Source: a virus. Taken from it: 64,000 nt of DNA. The first letter of the stretch is position 1, and each line of letters begins with the position of its first letter. This document shows, in pieces, positions 7,948-15,881 of the stretch. The notes beneath the pieces are model-generated. The model was given only the letters and a program-made list of their open reading frames with translations. It had not been told where the DNA came from and did no database searches. Both the position numbers and the translations under genes were made by a program. Location of the stretch: IMG/VR virus record IMGVR_UViG_3300021399_000004, positions 105,339 to 169,338 of that record; one strand, written 5' to 3'.

Positions 7948-7992
7948 ACGTTACTCCTTTTGGTTTAGAGTTTTCCTTCTCTCATCGTGTAC

Positions 7993-8021
7993 AGTATACC
8001 ATAGTTAGAAAGAAAAGTCAA
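7993..8021 (-). promoter_or_regulatory. Promoter of 7582..7947, the only cassette promoter without its own palindrome
   Basis: TTGACT (8016..8021, overlapping the TGA of 8018..8167), 17-bp spacer, TGG-TATACT (7993..7998). Confidence 0.7.
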
Positions 8022-8167
8022 GGGGTATCGTCGCAAAAGCTGGTGAAAATTCCAAAGATACCCAGCATTATAAATGCAAGCACGCCGAAGATGGTGTCTC
8101 CAAAGATTGCAAATGCGGCCAATAGTGCAACGATGATCCCAAAGATCAAGTACCCGATAGCGTTCAT
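8018..8167 (-). CDS. Small membrane protein (49 aa, two hydrophobic helices)
   Basis: ATG at 8167 after SD AGGAGGAG. The longer track ORF to 8224 runs into the promoter. Sequence MNAIGYLIFGIIVALLAAFAIFGDTIFGVLAFIMLGIFGIF. Confidence 0.55.
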   Translation of the reverse strand: MNAIGYLIFGIIVALLAAFAIFGDTIFGVLAFIMLGIFGIFTSFCDDTP

Positions 8168-8231
8168 ACTTGACTCCTCCTTTATTTTCATGTATATTAT
8201 AGCATAAAATTTTATAGTTGTCAAATAATTA

Positions 8232-8251
8232 TTAGATGTTTAAACATCTAA
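8232..8251. repeat. Palindrome copy 13 (centre TA), gap 7
   Basis: -35 8219..8224, -10 8196..8201. Gene 8018..8167. Confidence 0.95.
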
Positions 8252-8293
8252 CTACTGCTGATTAAAAAAAGAGGGCCGAAGCCCTCTTGTGGA

Positions 8294-8638
8294 TTACGCC
8301 TTGCGGCTATACAGGGTGGCGCCCTTGCTACCCTTGTCCGCAATCAGTTCGTCTACCCAATAGCGGGTCATGGCGTACTGCATCTTGCCCTTGGTGAAAC
8401 CATCGGGCAGCTGGTCAGCAATGCTCTCATACAGCTCACTGACCGTTACGGGGCCAACAGCATCCGCAAGACCATTCATCACGACATCATGCGCCTCAGC
8501 GTACAGCTCGCGATTCGCCTGCGCCTTGACGGCGTTCTTGTTCAGCTCAGCCTCCAGCTCAGCCTTGATTTCATCGAGGTTGGTCACAGTCTCGCCGTTG
8601 AGGTAGGAAACGAGGGACATCATGGTGGACTTCTTCAT
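8294..8638 (-). CDS. Small early protein, family A
   Basis: ATG at 8638 after the conserved leader. The track ORF to 8743 would include the promoter. Paralog of 1670..2002 and 5385..5723. Confidence 0.7.
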   Translation of the reverse strand: MKKSTMMSLVSYLNGETVTNLDEIKAELEAELNKNAVKAQANRELYAEAHDVVMNGLADAVGPVTVSELYESIADQLPDGFTKGKMQYAMTRYWVDELIADKGSKGATLYSRKA

Positions 8639-8758
8639 ATGGGGTTCTCCTTTGGTTTGTGAGGTTTTCCTTCCTCTATTTTTTCTGTCCCCTCTCTTGG
8701 GAACAATTGTATTATAGCAAAAGTCATAGTAAAAGTCAAGCAATAAATCAAGAAATAA

Positions 8759-8778
8759 TTAGATGTTTAAACATCTAA
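8759..8778. repeat. Palindrome copy 14 (centre TA), gap 19
   Basis: -35 8734..8739, -10 8711..8716. Gene 8294..8638. Confidence 0.95.
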
Positions 8779-8794
8779 CCTAAGAGAGAAAAGG

Positions 8795-8815
8795 GGCGGA
8801 GGTTAGCCCTCCGCC
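8795..8815 (-). terminator. Terminator hairpin with TAA in its loop (8803..9564)
   Basis: GGCGGAGG-TTAgc-CCTCCGCC, followed on the mRNA by TTTTCTCTCTT. Confidence 0.65.
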
Positions 8816-9564
8816 GTAGTAAATGAATATGTATCATTCTTTACATACTTTTTAATATATCGTCCTTTGATAACCTGTACTCCGTCAATTTTAATTGTGA
8901 AGGGTTTAATCTGTTGCCGTTTCAAAATCTTTTTTACTTCATAATCATGATTCCATTCTGCGCCACGTTTGATACATTCAAGCAAAATATTGCTTTCAAT
9001 TTGTGCATCATACAGGCCCATGTGCTTTTCTATAAAATCATATTTGCTTTGGATATATTGATATACAGATTCAGCGCTGCCGCTATAATTGCCCGTATCT
9101 GTAAAGCGCTGATTTACTTCACAAAATTGCTTGTACTCGTCTGTATTTGTGATAAAAGCGCTTGCATAGCCCCAAATATCATGAATGGCTACCGTATCAA
9201 AAGGATTCATTGTTCTGAACCAATCACAATTATAGGTTAAGACTTTATCATCGAAAGTTGAGTTATAGGCATATGCATCAGTGATATTAAATGCTTTAAT
9301 ATCTCGTCTGATAGCTTGCATGATATAGCCCCACTTGTCCATGATCGCCAGCTTGCTTCTCATTAGCGTGATATAGTCGGGGCGCTTGTCTTTATAATAG
9401 GCGCTTTCAAAAAGAGGGAGATTGTGCCAGACCTGTTCTACAATGTAATGCGCCTGCTTGACCAGCTCATTCGATTCAGTATTGATTATTACATAACCAA
9501 TATCATAGCAGAAGCATTTTTCGAGGCCGGTTGTCTCCGTGTCAAATACCATGATGAATCCCAT
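8803..9564 (-). CDS. DnaQ-like DEDDh 3'-5' exonuclease
   Basis: FDTETTGL, AYNSTFD and HMGLYDAQ match Exo I/II/III. SD GAAAGGAG. TAA sits in the terminator loop. Paralog of 1..860. Confidence 0.75.
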   Translation of the reverse strand: MGFIMVFDTETTGLEKCFCYDIGYVIINTESNELVKQAHYIVEQVWHNLPLFESAYYKDKRPDYITLMRSKLAIMDKWGYIMQAIRRDIKAFNITDAYAYNSTFDDKVLTYNCDWFRTMNPFDTVAIHDIWGYASAFITNTDEYKQFCEVNQRFTDTGNYSGSAESVYQYIQSKYDFIEKHMGLYDAQIESNILLECIKRGAEWNHDYEVKKILKRQQIKPFTIKIDGVQVIKGRYIKKYVKNDTYSFTTAEG

Positions 9565-9654
9565 ATTGTGTAGCTCCTTTCAAGTATATGGTTTTGGGGA
9601 ACGGTAGTATTATAACATGACTAAAGATATGTGTCAATAGCCTGGAAGATTAAA

Positions 9655-9674
9655 TTAGATGTTTAAACATCTAA
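9655..9674. repeat. Palindrome copy 15 (centre TA), gap 16
   Basis: -35 9633..9638, -10 9609..9614 (18-bp spacer). Gene 8803..9564. Confidence 0.95.
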
Positions 9675-9697
9675 CTCTATGTTAAAGGCTGGGGTGG

Positions 9698-9895
9698 TTA
9701 ATCCCAGTCTTCGTCGTCCGCGTTCAGTACAACATAACCATTGCAATCCTGCACATCGGTGACACGCGGCCACAGCAATTCAAAATCATTGTAGTGCGGG
9801 CCATATCCCTCATTCTGCCAAAAGGTATCGGGGATCCGAACAATGCTGTCCTGGGGCAGCTTGAGCAGGGAAGCAATCAGTTCACGTACAGTCAT
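9698..9895 (-). CDS. Hypothetical small early protein (65 aa)
   Basis: SD AAGAGG then ATG. The leader contains an 11-bp stem hairpin at 9921..9987. TAA stop. Confidence 0.6.
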   Translation of the reverse strand: MTVRELIASLLKLPQDSIVRIPDTFWQNEGYGPHYNDFELLWPRVTDVQDCNGYVVLNADDEDWD

Positions 9896-10050
9896 CTTTT
9901 TTTACCTCTTTCTTTTTCTTTGTCGGGAGGGAGCGTGAGTCTCATCCACACTGTAGGCTTCCGAGGAATGCGTTTTCCCTCCCGACAATGGTATAATACC
10001 ATATTACGGGAAAATTGTCAAGAGGTTTTTTGAACTCGGAAAAAGGCTGT

Positions 10051-10070
10051 TTAGATGTTCAAACATCTAA
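10051..10070. repeat. Palindrome copy 16 (centre CA), gap 29
   Basis: -35 10016..10021, -10 9993..9998. Gene 9698..9895. Confidence 0.95.
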
Positions 10071-10111
10071 CCTGGTAAAATGGAATGGGCGGCTTTTCGC
10101 CGCCCGGTATC

Positions 10112-10348
10112 TTATCGATAATAATTCTGATTGTAGCGCTCATAAGCGCTCATTTTGCGGTATTCATTGTATTCCAGCTCACTAATTTCTTTGCCCTGGA
10201 TAATGGCGCGGGTGTGCTTAACGCTGGGCATCCGCTTGGCCCTGTCCATAGCTTCCAGCAGGTTTTCAGCTTTGATGGCGAAGGTGATTTCAGTGCTGTG
10301 GCCAATGCCGCAATGCCCCCGGTGGCAAGTAACCTTGTAATACTTCAT
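10112..10348 (-). CDS. Hypothetical small early protein (78 aa)
   Basis: SD GAAAGGAGAA then ATG; TAA stop; own cassette. Confidence 0.6.
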   Translation of the reverse strand: MKYYKVTCHRGHCGIGHSTEITFAIKAENLLEAMDRAKRMPSVKHTRAIIQGKEISELEYNEYRKMSAYERYNQNYYR

Positions 10349-10441
10349 GGTTTTTTCTCCTTTCTTTCGGTGGGTTTCCTCTCACCGTGATTAGAGTATA
10401 ACATAATGGAGGATAAAAGTCAATAGTGCATATTGAGTTCA

Positions 10442-10461
10442 TTTAGATGTTTGAACATCTA
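10442..10461. repeat. Palindrome copy 17 (centre TG), gap 18
   Basis: -35 10418..10423, -10 10395..10400. Gene 10112..10348. Confidence 0.95.
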
Positions 10462-10490
10462 ACCTAAAGGAAACAAAAAGGGGCGGAGGT

Positions 10491-10796
10491 TTATCCCTCC
10501 GCCTCAATCTTTTTGATCTTATTTCGCAATTCATTAATCTGCTGGTTCAACGCTTTAATCTGTGCTTGCTTGAGTCTTTTTGCCCGTTCCTTTTCCCAAA
10601 AATCCCACGTCATAACGATTTTATAATCTACGTCATGCGTCAACACTTTTGCGCGGAACAGCGTCATCAAAGAACAGGCGTGATTTTCATGCAGAATGTT
10701 TTCAGCTTCTTTTAAGTTCATCGTGCCTTTTTCAAGGCGGGGCAGCAGCAGGGCCATGCCGTAGGCAACAGCGGGGTTATTGTTTTTCTCTACCAT
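10491..10796 (-). CDS. Hypothetical early protein (101 aa, coiled-coil C-terminus)
   Basis: SD AAAGGAGA then ATG. TAA sits in the loop of the GGCGGAGG/CCCTCCGCC hairpin. Confidence 0.6.
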   Translation of the reverse strand: MVEKNNNPAVAYGMALLLPRLEKGTMNLKEAENILHENHACSLMTLFRAKVLTHDVDYKIVMTWDFWEKERAKRLKQAQIKALNQQINELRNKIKKIEAEG

Positions 10797-10882
10797 CGTT
10801 CCAATCTCCTTTTATGTATTTTCTGGGAACGTCTATAATATAGCATAAAGTCATAAGATTGTCAAGACTTTTTTATGGCAGA

Positions 10883-10902
10883 TTAGATGTTCAAACATCT
10901 AA
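10883..10902. repeat. Palindrome copy 18 (centre CA), gap 17
   Basis: -35 10860..10865, -10 10837..10842. Gene 10491..10796. Confidence 0.95.
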
Positions 10903-10932
10903 CTTGGAGAAGAATAAAAAAAGGGTGGAGGG

Positions 10933-11211
10933 TCACCCCTCCACCTTCTGAATCTCACCGGTAAAAATGTTGTAACGCTGACCGGTAGTGTACAGCTCTT
11001 TCGCCAGCTGATAGGTCAGACCACGTTCCTGCATGAACCACCGAATGTGGTTAATAGTAGTGCGGCTATACAGCCCGTTGCAATACAGCCACCCGTTAGA
11101 ATCAATCTCAATTACAGTGGTGGTGTAGCTGACCAGCTTTCCGGAAAAGCCGTCATTGTTCACGTACTCACGCGCCTGCGCATACTCGTGACCGTTCAGT
11201 TTCTTCATCAT
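10933..11211 (-). CDS. Hypothetical early protein (92 aa)
   Basis: SD GGAGGA then ATGATG. TGA sits in the loop of GGTGGAGGG-TCA-CCCCTCCACC. Confidence 0.6.
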   Translation of the reverse strand: MMKKLNGHEYAQAREYVNNDGFSGKLVSYTTTVIEIDSNGWLYCNGLYSRTTINHIRWFMQERGLTYQLAKELYTTGQRYNIFTGEIQKVEG

Positions 11212-11307
11212 TGTTGTGATCCTCCATTTTTTTATTCTGTACCTCTTTGGTACGGTTATATATTAGCATATACGGTTAAAAAAGTCAATAGGATTTTTCG
11301 CCTGATT

Positions 11308-11327
11308 TTAGATGTTCAAACATCTAA
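11308..11327. repeat. Palindrome copy 19 (centre CA), gap 19
   Basis: -35 11283..11288, -10 11260..11265. Gene 10933..11211. Confidence 0.95.
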
Positions 11328-11368
11328 AAGAGTTTAATAAAGAGTAGGCGCAAAGCCTACTCTTTTTA

Positions 11369-11533
11369 TTACTTAATGGCGCAATTGGTATGGCTGTAAT
11401 GCAACCGCCAATTGAGATATTCGCAGCTGCAAGGGTCAAGAATGTCATCATACCCGCACTCTTCGGCGTCTTCCCACAGTTCGTCATACGTTACCAAGTT
11501 GCCCATCTCTTTGTTCATGTAGTAGAATTCCAT
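11369..11533 (-). CDS. Hypothetical small early protein (54 aa)
   Basis: Below the ORF-track size cut-off and found by hand. SD GGAGGT then ATG at 11533, TAA at 11369. Complete cassette with promoter, palindrome copy 20 and terminator 11341..11367. Confidence 0.5.
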   Translation of the reverse strand: MEFYYMNKEMGNLVTYDELWEDAEECGYDDILDPCSCEYLNWRLHYSHTNCAIK

Positions 11534-11611
11534 TGTAGTGACCTCCATTTTTTATTATCCCCTCGGGACGATTATAGTTTACCATACATATGATATATTG
11601 TCAAGATGGAA

Positions 11612-11631
11612 TTTAGATGTTTGAACATCTA
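11612..11631. repeat. Palindrome copy 20 (centre TG), gap 7
   Basis: -35 11599..11604, -10 11576..11581. Gene 11369..11533. Confidence 0.95.
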
Positions 11632-11723
11632 ATAATGTTTTGGGTTTGTGGCGGAGGTATTTTATACTAAAATGTTTAAGTATATTAAAAATGAAATAGG
11701 AGGGAATACCCTCCTATTTCATC

Positions 11724-12026
11724 TTAGCAGTAGGCAAGGCTCATGTTCGCCCACTTGAGAACCGAAATCTGATTGTGCTTGCGGCCGATCTCCATCGCCT
11801 GCCGCTTAGTCTTGACGCGGAAGCTGTGATCGATGTAGTAAACGCCGTCGCTGTACCAGATCCCGCAGCTGCCGTTCATCTTCTTTACAGCTTCCGCAGC
11901 TTCCGCAGCCGTCTTGCATTCAACCCCGTGATCGGCCACCTGCCAACCCGTCTTGTAGGTGATGACCTTGCCGTTCTTCAGGGTGAGACCATCGTTGTTC
12001 TTGAGCGCCTTGAGCATTTCCAACAT
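11724..12026 (-). CDS. Hypothetical early protein (100 aa)
   Basis: SD-like AAGAGGATG then ATG; own cassette; TAA stop. Confidence 0.6.
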   Translation of the reverse strand: MLEMLKALKNNDGLTLKNGKVITYKTGWQVADHGVECKTAAEAAEAVKKMNGSCGIWYSDGVYYIDHSFRVKTKRQAMEIGRKHNQISVLKWANMSLAYC

Positions 12027-12118
12027 TGTTGCATCCTCTTTTCTTTTTATTCTGTCCCTTCGGACAAGTATATATTACCATATAGCAAGCAAAAAGTCAA
12101 GGGCATTTTTGAGAGGAA

Positions 12119-12138
12119 TTAGATGTTTAAACATCTAA
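12119..12138. repeat. Palindrome copy 21 (centre TA), gap 18
   Basis: -35 12095..12100, -10 12072..12077. Gene 11724..12026. Confidence 0.95.
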
Positions 12139-12170
12139 CATAAGGAAGGCCCTAACAGGGCCGTAGATAA

Positions 12171-12362
12171 TTAACAATTCCACTGGATATTGCCAGGCTC
12201 GAAAATCGCTACGATCTCGCCGGTGCCCTCACGCATGACGTCGGTAGCAAGGTTGCACTCATGAAACATGCGGAAGGCCATGATCTTAGCGGCCCATTCG
12301 CTATTGAACTTGATACCATAGGTGAAGGGCTGCCGGTTGATGTAGTAAGTCACAGTGTACAT
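12171..12362 (-). CDS. Hypothetical small early protein (63 aa)
   Basis: ATG at 12362 lies 8 nt after GGAGG. The track's TTG start at 12368 is less likely. TAA stop. Confidence 0.6.
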   Translation of the reverse strand: MYTVTYYINRQPFTYGIKFNSEWAAKIMAFRMFHECNLATDVMREGTGEIVAIFEPGNIQWNC

Positions 12363-12439
12363 AATCAATGCCTCCTTTTCTTGGAACGATTATAGTATAT
12401 CATACTTGTTTTTGTTTGTCAATAGGAAAATAAAAAAGA

Positions 12440-12459
12440 TTAGATGTTGAAACATCTAA
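12440..12459. repeat. Palindrome copy 22 (centre GA), gap 17
   Basis: -35 12417..12422, -10 12394..12399. Gene 12171..12362. Confidence 0.95.
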
Positions 12460-12486
12460 CCCTGGAGAGAAAAAAGGTAAACCGCC

Positions 12487-12642
12487 TTAGCGGTCTACCT
12501 CAACAATGACGTATTTCCAAGTCCGGCCCAGTTGCTGCCCACGTTCCACATAATGCTTGCCAATTTTCTCAGCTTCTTCGCGGGTAGAGAACGTATCGGC
12601 CATGTTGCACGTGTACTTGCCAATGATGTAAAGCTCGAACAT
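12487..12642 (-). CDS. Small early protein, family D (51 aa)
   Basis: Hand-found. SD GAAAGGAAGG. Paralog of 13089..13253 (LYI.GKY...F.T.EEAE..GK.YV.RG..LG..W.Y). TAA stop. Confidence 0.55.
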   Translation of the reverse strand: MFELYIIGKYTCNMADTFSTREEAEKIGKHYVERGQQLGRTWKYVIVEVDR

Positions 12643-12727
12643 GTTGATTCCTTCCTTTCTGTTCCCTTTGGAACGATTACATTATAGCATACTTGTGAAG
12701 AAAAATCAAGTGGTTTGCACTATTTCA

Positions 12728-12747
12728 TTAGATGTTGAAACATCTAA
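12728..12747. repeat. Palindrome copy 23 (centre GA), gap 18
   Basis: -35 12704..12709 (TTGATT), -10 12681..12686. Gene 12487..12642. Confidence 0.95.
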
Positions 12748-12772
12748 CCTTGGTGGAGGATGGGCGGGCCGA

Positions 12773-12934
12773 TTAGCCCGCCATTTCCTTAACCCACGCC
12801 GCGGCGTCCTTCCAATTATCAAAGCTAAGCCGTCCAAAATCATAGTTGAATACTACCCATGTGCTATGCGAATCAAGGTCATCATAGTAATAGCCCATCT
12901 TTTCCATCCGTGCAATGATAGTCCGCTTTGCCAT
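12773..12934 (-). CDS. Hypothetical small early protein (53 aa)
   Basis: Hand-found. SD AAAGGAGAA then ATG at 12934. TAA sits in the loop of GGGCGGGC/GCCCGCC. Confidence 0.5.
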   Translation of the reverse strand: MAKRTIIARMEKMGYYYDDLDSHSTWVVFNYDFGRLSFDNWKDAAAWVKEMAG

Positions 12935-13040
12935 CGTACATTCTCCTTTCTTTATCCCCTTGGGACAATATCATTATATAGGATTTTAGTATGTTTGTCA
13001 ATAGGCATTGTAAAAAAATTAATAGAAAATAAAATTAAGA

Positions 13041-13060
13041 TTAGATGTTTAAACATCTAA
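13041..13060. repeat. Palindrome copy 24 (centre TA), gap 39
   Basis: -35 12996..13001, -10 12973..12978. Gene 12773..12934. Confidence 0.95.
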
Positions 13061-13088
13061 CCTTCAATTGTTAAAGTGTCTCCCGCGA

Positions 13089-13253
13089 TTAAGCGGGAGC
13101 GGAAAGAACGAAGTAATCCCAATCATGGCCCAGCTCGGTGCCCCGGTTAACGTACTGCTTGCCGGTGTTTTCAGCTTCTTCATTGGTGGAGAACTTACCA
13201 ATCAAGTAGAAGCTATACTTGCTAACGATGTACAATCTGTAAATGGTGTCCAT
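13089..13253 (-). CDS. Small early protein, family D (54 aa)
   Basis: Hand-found. SD GGAAGGAAAA then ATG at 13253. TAA sits in the loop of CTCCCGC/GCGGGAG. Confidence 0.55.
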   Translation of the reverse strand: MDTIYRLYIVSKYSFYLIGKFSTNEEAENTGKQYVNRGTELGHDWDYFVLSAPA

Positions 13254-13338
13254 ATGTTTTCCTTCCTTTCCGTTCCTCTTGGAACGTCTATATTATAGCA
13301 TACTCGCAATTACTTGTCAACGTGTTTATGAAAATGAA

Positions 13339-13358
13339 TTAGATGTTCAAACATCTAA
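13339..13358. repeat. Palindrome copy 25 (centre CA), gap 18
   Basis: -35 13315..13320, -10 13292..13297. Gene 13089..13253. Confidence 0.95.
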
Positions 13359-13369
13359 CTCTTGGAGGC

Positions 13370-13513
13370 TCACGCCTCCTCTTCTACCCGTTCAAAGTTA
13401 TCACGGCAGAACGATTCATAGGAATCATACCACTTAGAGAAATATTTATACTGCTCATACATTTCTTCTTCCGTAATGTATCTTTCCATTTCCCAATCAT
13501 ACCATTTAGCCAT
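13370..13513 (-). CDS. Hypothetical small early protein (47 aa, acidic)
   Basis: Hand-found. SD AGGAGGAAAA then ATG at 13513. TGA sits in the loop of GGAGGC-TCAC-GCCTCC. Confidence 0.5.
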   Translation of the reverse strand: MAKWYDWEMERYITEEEMYEQYKYFSKWYDSYESFCRDNFERVEEEA

Positions 13514-13602
13514 TTTCTTTTCCTCCTTTTTTGTTCGTTCCTTTGGAACAGTTATATTATATCATGGTAGGATAGTCCTGTCAACAGAGTGAGAAAAATA
13601 AA

Positions 13603-13622
13603 TTAGATGTTCAAACATCTAA
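13603..13622. repeat. Palindrome copy 26 (centre CA), gap 18
   Basis: -35 13579..13584, -10 13556..13561. Gene 13370..13513. Confidence 0.95.
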
Positions 13623-13638
13623 CAACGTTGGTGGGCCG

Positions 13639-13764
13639 TTAGGCCCACCGCATCAATTCATCAAATTCCTCAAAAGTCATGGGGTCGTCCTCATCAGTAT
13701 TCGCCTGATACTCCCAGAACAGATAGATCTGCTCCGCGTCGGTCAGTTCATCCCAATTAATCAT
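13639..13764 (-). CDS. Hypothetical small early protein (41 aa, acidic)
   Basis: Hand-found. SD GAAGGAGAA then ATG at 13764. TAA sits in the loop of GGTGGGCC/GGCCCACC. Confidence 0.45.
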   Translation of the reverse strand: MINWDELTDAEQIYLFWEYQANTDEDDPMTFEEFDELMRWA

Positions 13765-13858
13765 TTTTGTTTTCTCCTTCGTTTCTTTATTTTGTCCCTC
13801 CGGACAAGTATAGTATACTGTATGTTCAATAAAAAGTCAACATGAATTTTTCAGAGGA

Positions 13859-13878
13859 TTAGATGTTTAAACATCTAA
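13859..13878. repeat. Palindrome copy 27 (centre TA), gap 18
   Basis: -35 13835..13840, -10 13812..13817. Gene 13639..13764. Confidence 0.95.
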
Positions 13879-13993
13879 CTTTTGAAAAAAACGATGATAA
13901 GTTTCTTTGCTATTTTTTTACCGATAAGTCATGCGGAAGAAATAGCAGAAAGTACTGCCTGATTTGATAGAAAAGTCATCACATTCAAATCTA

Positions 13994-14161
13994 TTAAATA
14001 ATTATTCTAGCTTGTCGGTGTCCAGCTGGCGCCCAGCTGGTGTCCAGCTGGCTGGCCCGTAGGGCGCGAGTTGCGCCGCGGCGAGCCTCAAAAAATTTAT
14101 AGGTAACTATGATAAACAGATCTTCTTGATTCTCTTTTTTAGGTGGTAGTTGGAGAGACAT
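13994..14161 (-). CDS. Doubtful 55-aa ORF in an otherwise complete cassette
   Basis: SD GGAGGGG then ATG at 14161, TAA at 13994. The product is low-complexity and the body contains three phased CCAGCTGG palindromes, so the cassette may be non-coding. Confidence 0.3.
   Translation of the reverse strand: MSLQLPPKKENQEDLFIIVTYKFFEARRGATRALRASQLDTSWAPAGHRQARIII
14022..14051. repeat. Three CCAGCTGG palindromes phased at 11 bp
   Basis: CCAGCTGG at 14022..14029, 14033..14040 and 14044..14051. Confidence 0.85.
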
Positions 14162-14226
14162 TGCCCCTCCAATGATGATAGTATACTACATTACACGTTC
14201 ATTGTCAATCATGATAGCGTGGATAA

Positions 14227-14246
14227 TTAGATGTTCAAACATCTAA
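14227..14246. repeat. Palindrome copy 28 (centre CA), gap 18
   Basis: -35 14203..14208, -10 14180..14185. Cassette 13994..14161. Confidence 0.95.
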
Positions 14247-14264
14247 CTACCATGGGCATCCGGA

Positions 14265-14284
14265 CATCTAACTACTGTTAGATG
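14265..14284. repeat. Everted arrangement of the palindrome half-sites
   Basis: CATCTAAC-tact-GTTAGATG, 18 bp from palindrome copy 28. Confidence 0.8.
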
Positions 14285-14315
14285 CGAAAAAAGGGGGGGC
14301 TTGCGCCCCTCCTTT

Positions 14316-14627
14316 TTACTTCATTGTTTTGAACCAGTAGTTTTCATTGGTGTTCCAGTAGTGCAGGCGGCACAGTCGGCTGTTCCAGCTCTTAACAATA
14401 GCGTCCGGCGGGCAATCCGTCAAGTGGCGGCTCAGCCCTTCACCGCAGGCAATCTCAACCTTGAGATAGAACCCTTCGGCGGTCTTACCCTCCCGCGTGA
14501 TCTTTACCATGGGAGTGGCGCCGCGCCCGCCCTTCAAGTAGTAGTGGCGCGCGGTCTTTTCCAGCAGGCGAACCATGGTCAGCAGGTTGAAGTAGTCGGG
14601 AGCGAAGACGGCGATCAGAATCATCAT
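14316..14627 (-). CDS. Early protein family E (103 aa)
   Basis: ATGATG at 14627 after GGAGGTG; the track ORF to 14690 is an over-extension. The C-terminus HYWNTNENYWFKTMK matches HAWNTNDDYWYETKAE of 18406..18717. Confidence 0.65.
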   Translation of the reverse strand: MMILIAVFAPDYFNLLTMVRLLEKTARHYYLKGGRGATPMVKITREGKTAEGFYLKVEIACGEGLSRHLTDCPPDAIVKSWNSRLCRLHYWNTNENYWFKTMK

Positions 14628-14731
14628 GATGGACACCTCCAAATTTTTTTCTGTTCCCCCTTGGAACAATTGTATTATAGCATACATCATTCATCCTGTC
14701 AACCCCTATTTTACATCTAAAAATGCATTAG

Positions 14732-14751
14732 TTAGATGTTGAAACATCTAA
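14732..14751. repeat. Palindrome copy 29 (centre GA), gap 29
   Basis: -35 14697..14702, -10 14674..14679. Gene 14316..14627. An extra half-site ACATCTAA lies at 14713..14720 inside the gap. Confidence 0.95.
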
Positions 14752-15090
14752 TTACTGTTTAAGGATTTAACTAATATTTAAACATCTAACTAATATTTAA
14801 ACATTTAAGAATAAAATTCATCGCTGGAAGAGTTGATTAAAAACTGTAAAATAAAGTCAAGCGCGCAAAAATTATAATAGTTAAGTTCGTCAAATAAGGT
14901 CTTAATTTCACTTATTATGGCACAGATTTTAAAATAGAATGCGATGGCTACTGGTAGATAGGTGTAATAAAAAGATTTCCTTGATAATATATTTTTCTAA
15001 CTGTGGGTGCTATCTTGGAAATGATATTATATTATAGTTTACAATTATTGTTAATTGAGTTTTGGGAAAATTAAATATGTTAAGATTAGA

Positions 15091-15110
15091 TTAGATGTCT
15101 AAACATCTAA
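15091..15110. repeat. Palindrome copy 30 (imperfect)
   Basis: ttagatgtCtaaacatctaa. The neighbouring promoter-like sequence is degenerate. Confidence 0.85.
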
Positions 15111-15389
15111 CATGAAATAGTTAAATGTTGTAAAATTTTATATTAGTTGAGGGGGAAATGAATGATATTTAAAATTAATAAAATATTATATAGATATGGG
15201 AATTGATTATTTGAAAATTTTTATTCCAAATAAAATAGCATTGAAAATGAAATATGCCCAGCTCGCATATAATTATAAAAATAATATTTTTTCTTCGGTC
15301 GATGCAAGCAGTTGGCGATAACAAAATATAATAATAAATGATAATAATAATTATTATACCACATTTTGGGATAAAAGTCAAGAGACTAA

Positions 15390-15409
15390 TTAGATGTTAA
15401 AACATCTAA
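15390..15409. repeat. Palindrome copy 31 (centre AA), gap 8, orphan promoter
   Basis: -35 15376..15381, -10 15353..15358 (TGGTATAAT). No SD or ORF downstream. Confidence 0.95.
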
Positions 15410-15625
15410 CTTGAAAATGAAATTGTAGGATTTTAAATTAGGAATTTTTATAATTTTATTTGAATAATAATTTAAAATAAAATTATGTTATTTTGCCAGC
15501 TCGCATTATTATGTTTATAGGAAAACATTCTTCGTTAATAATATTAAGTATCTGATATGAAAAGAAAATAAAATTAAAGATATTATTTATTATACCACGT
15601 TTCAGGAAAAAAGTCAAGTCTTAAA

Positions 15626-15645
15626 TTAGATGTTTAAACATCTAA
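15626..15645. repeat. Palindrome copy 32 (centre TA), gap 8, orphan promoter
   Basis: -35 15612..15617, -10 15589..15594. No SD or ORF downstream. Confidence 0.95.
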
Positions 15646-15881
15646 CTTGGAAATGAAATAAGACTGTTATGGGAGAAAATTTTTTATATATTCAACTTAT
15701 ATATTTTGTCTATTTAAAAATAAAATAATAATGTAATTAAAATAATACGAGCTTCAGCTTGCATATCATTTCGGGTTTTACTCTTGCTTTCGTGGATCAA
15801 TGATAACATTTGAAAACTAAATTGAAATCAAAAAGTAATTATCTATTATACCATATTTTGGGAAAAAAGTCAACCTTAAAA

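Noticed and set aside
15175-15381. 68-aa minus-strand ORF in the AT-rich island.
   Set aside because: It starts upstream of the promoter -10 it would depend on. It has no SD and an Ile/Tyr-rich product typical of AT-rich noise.
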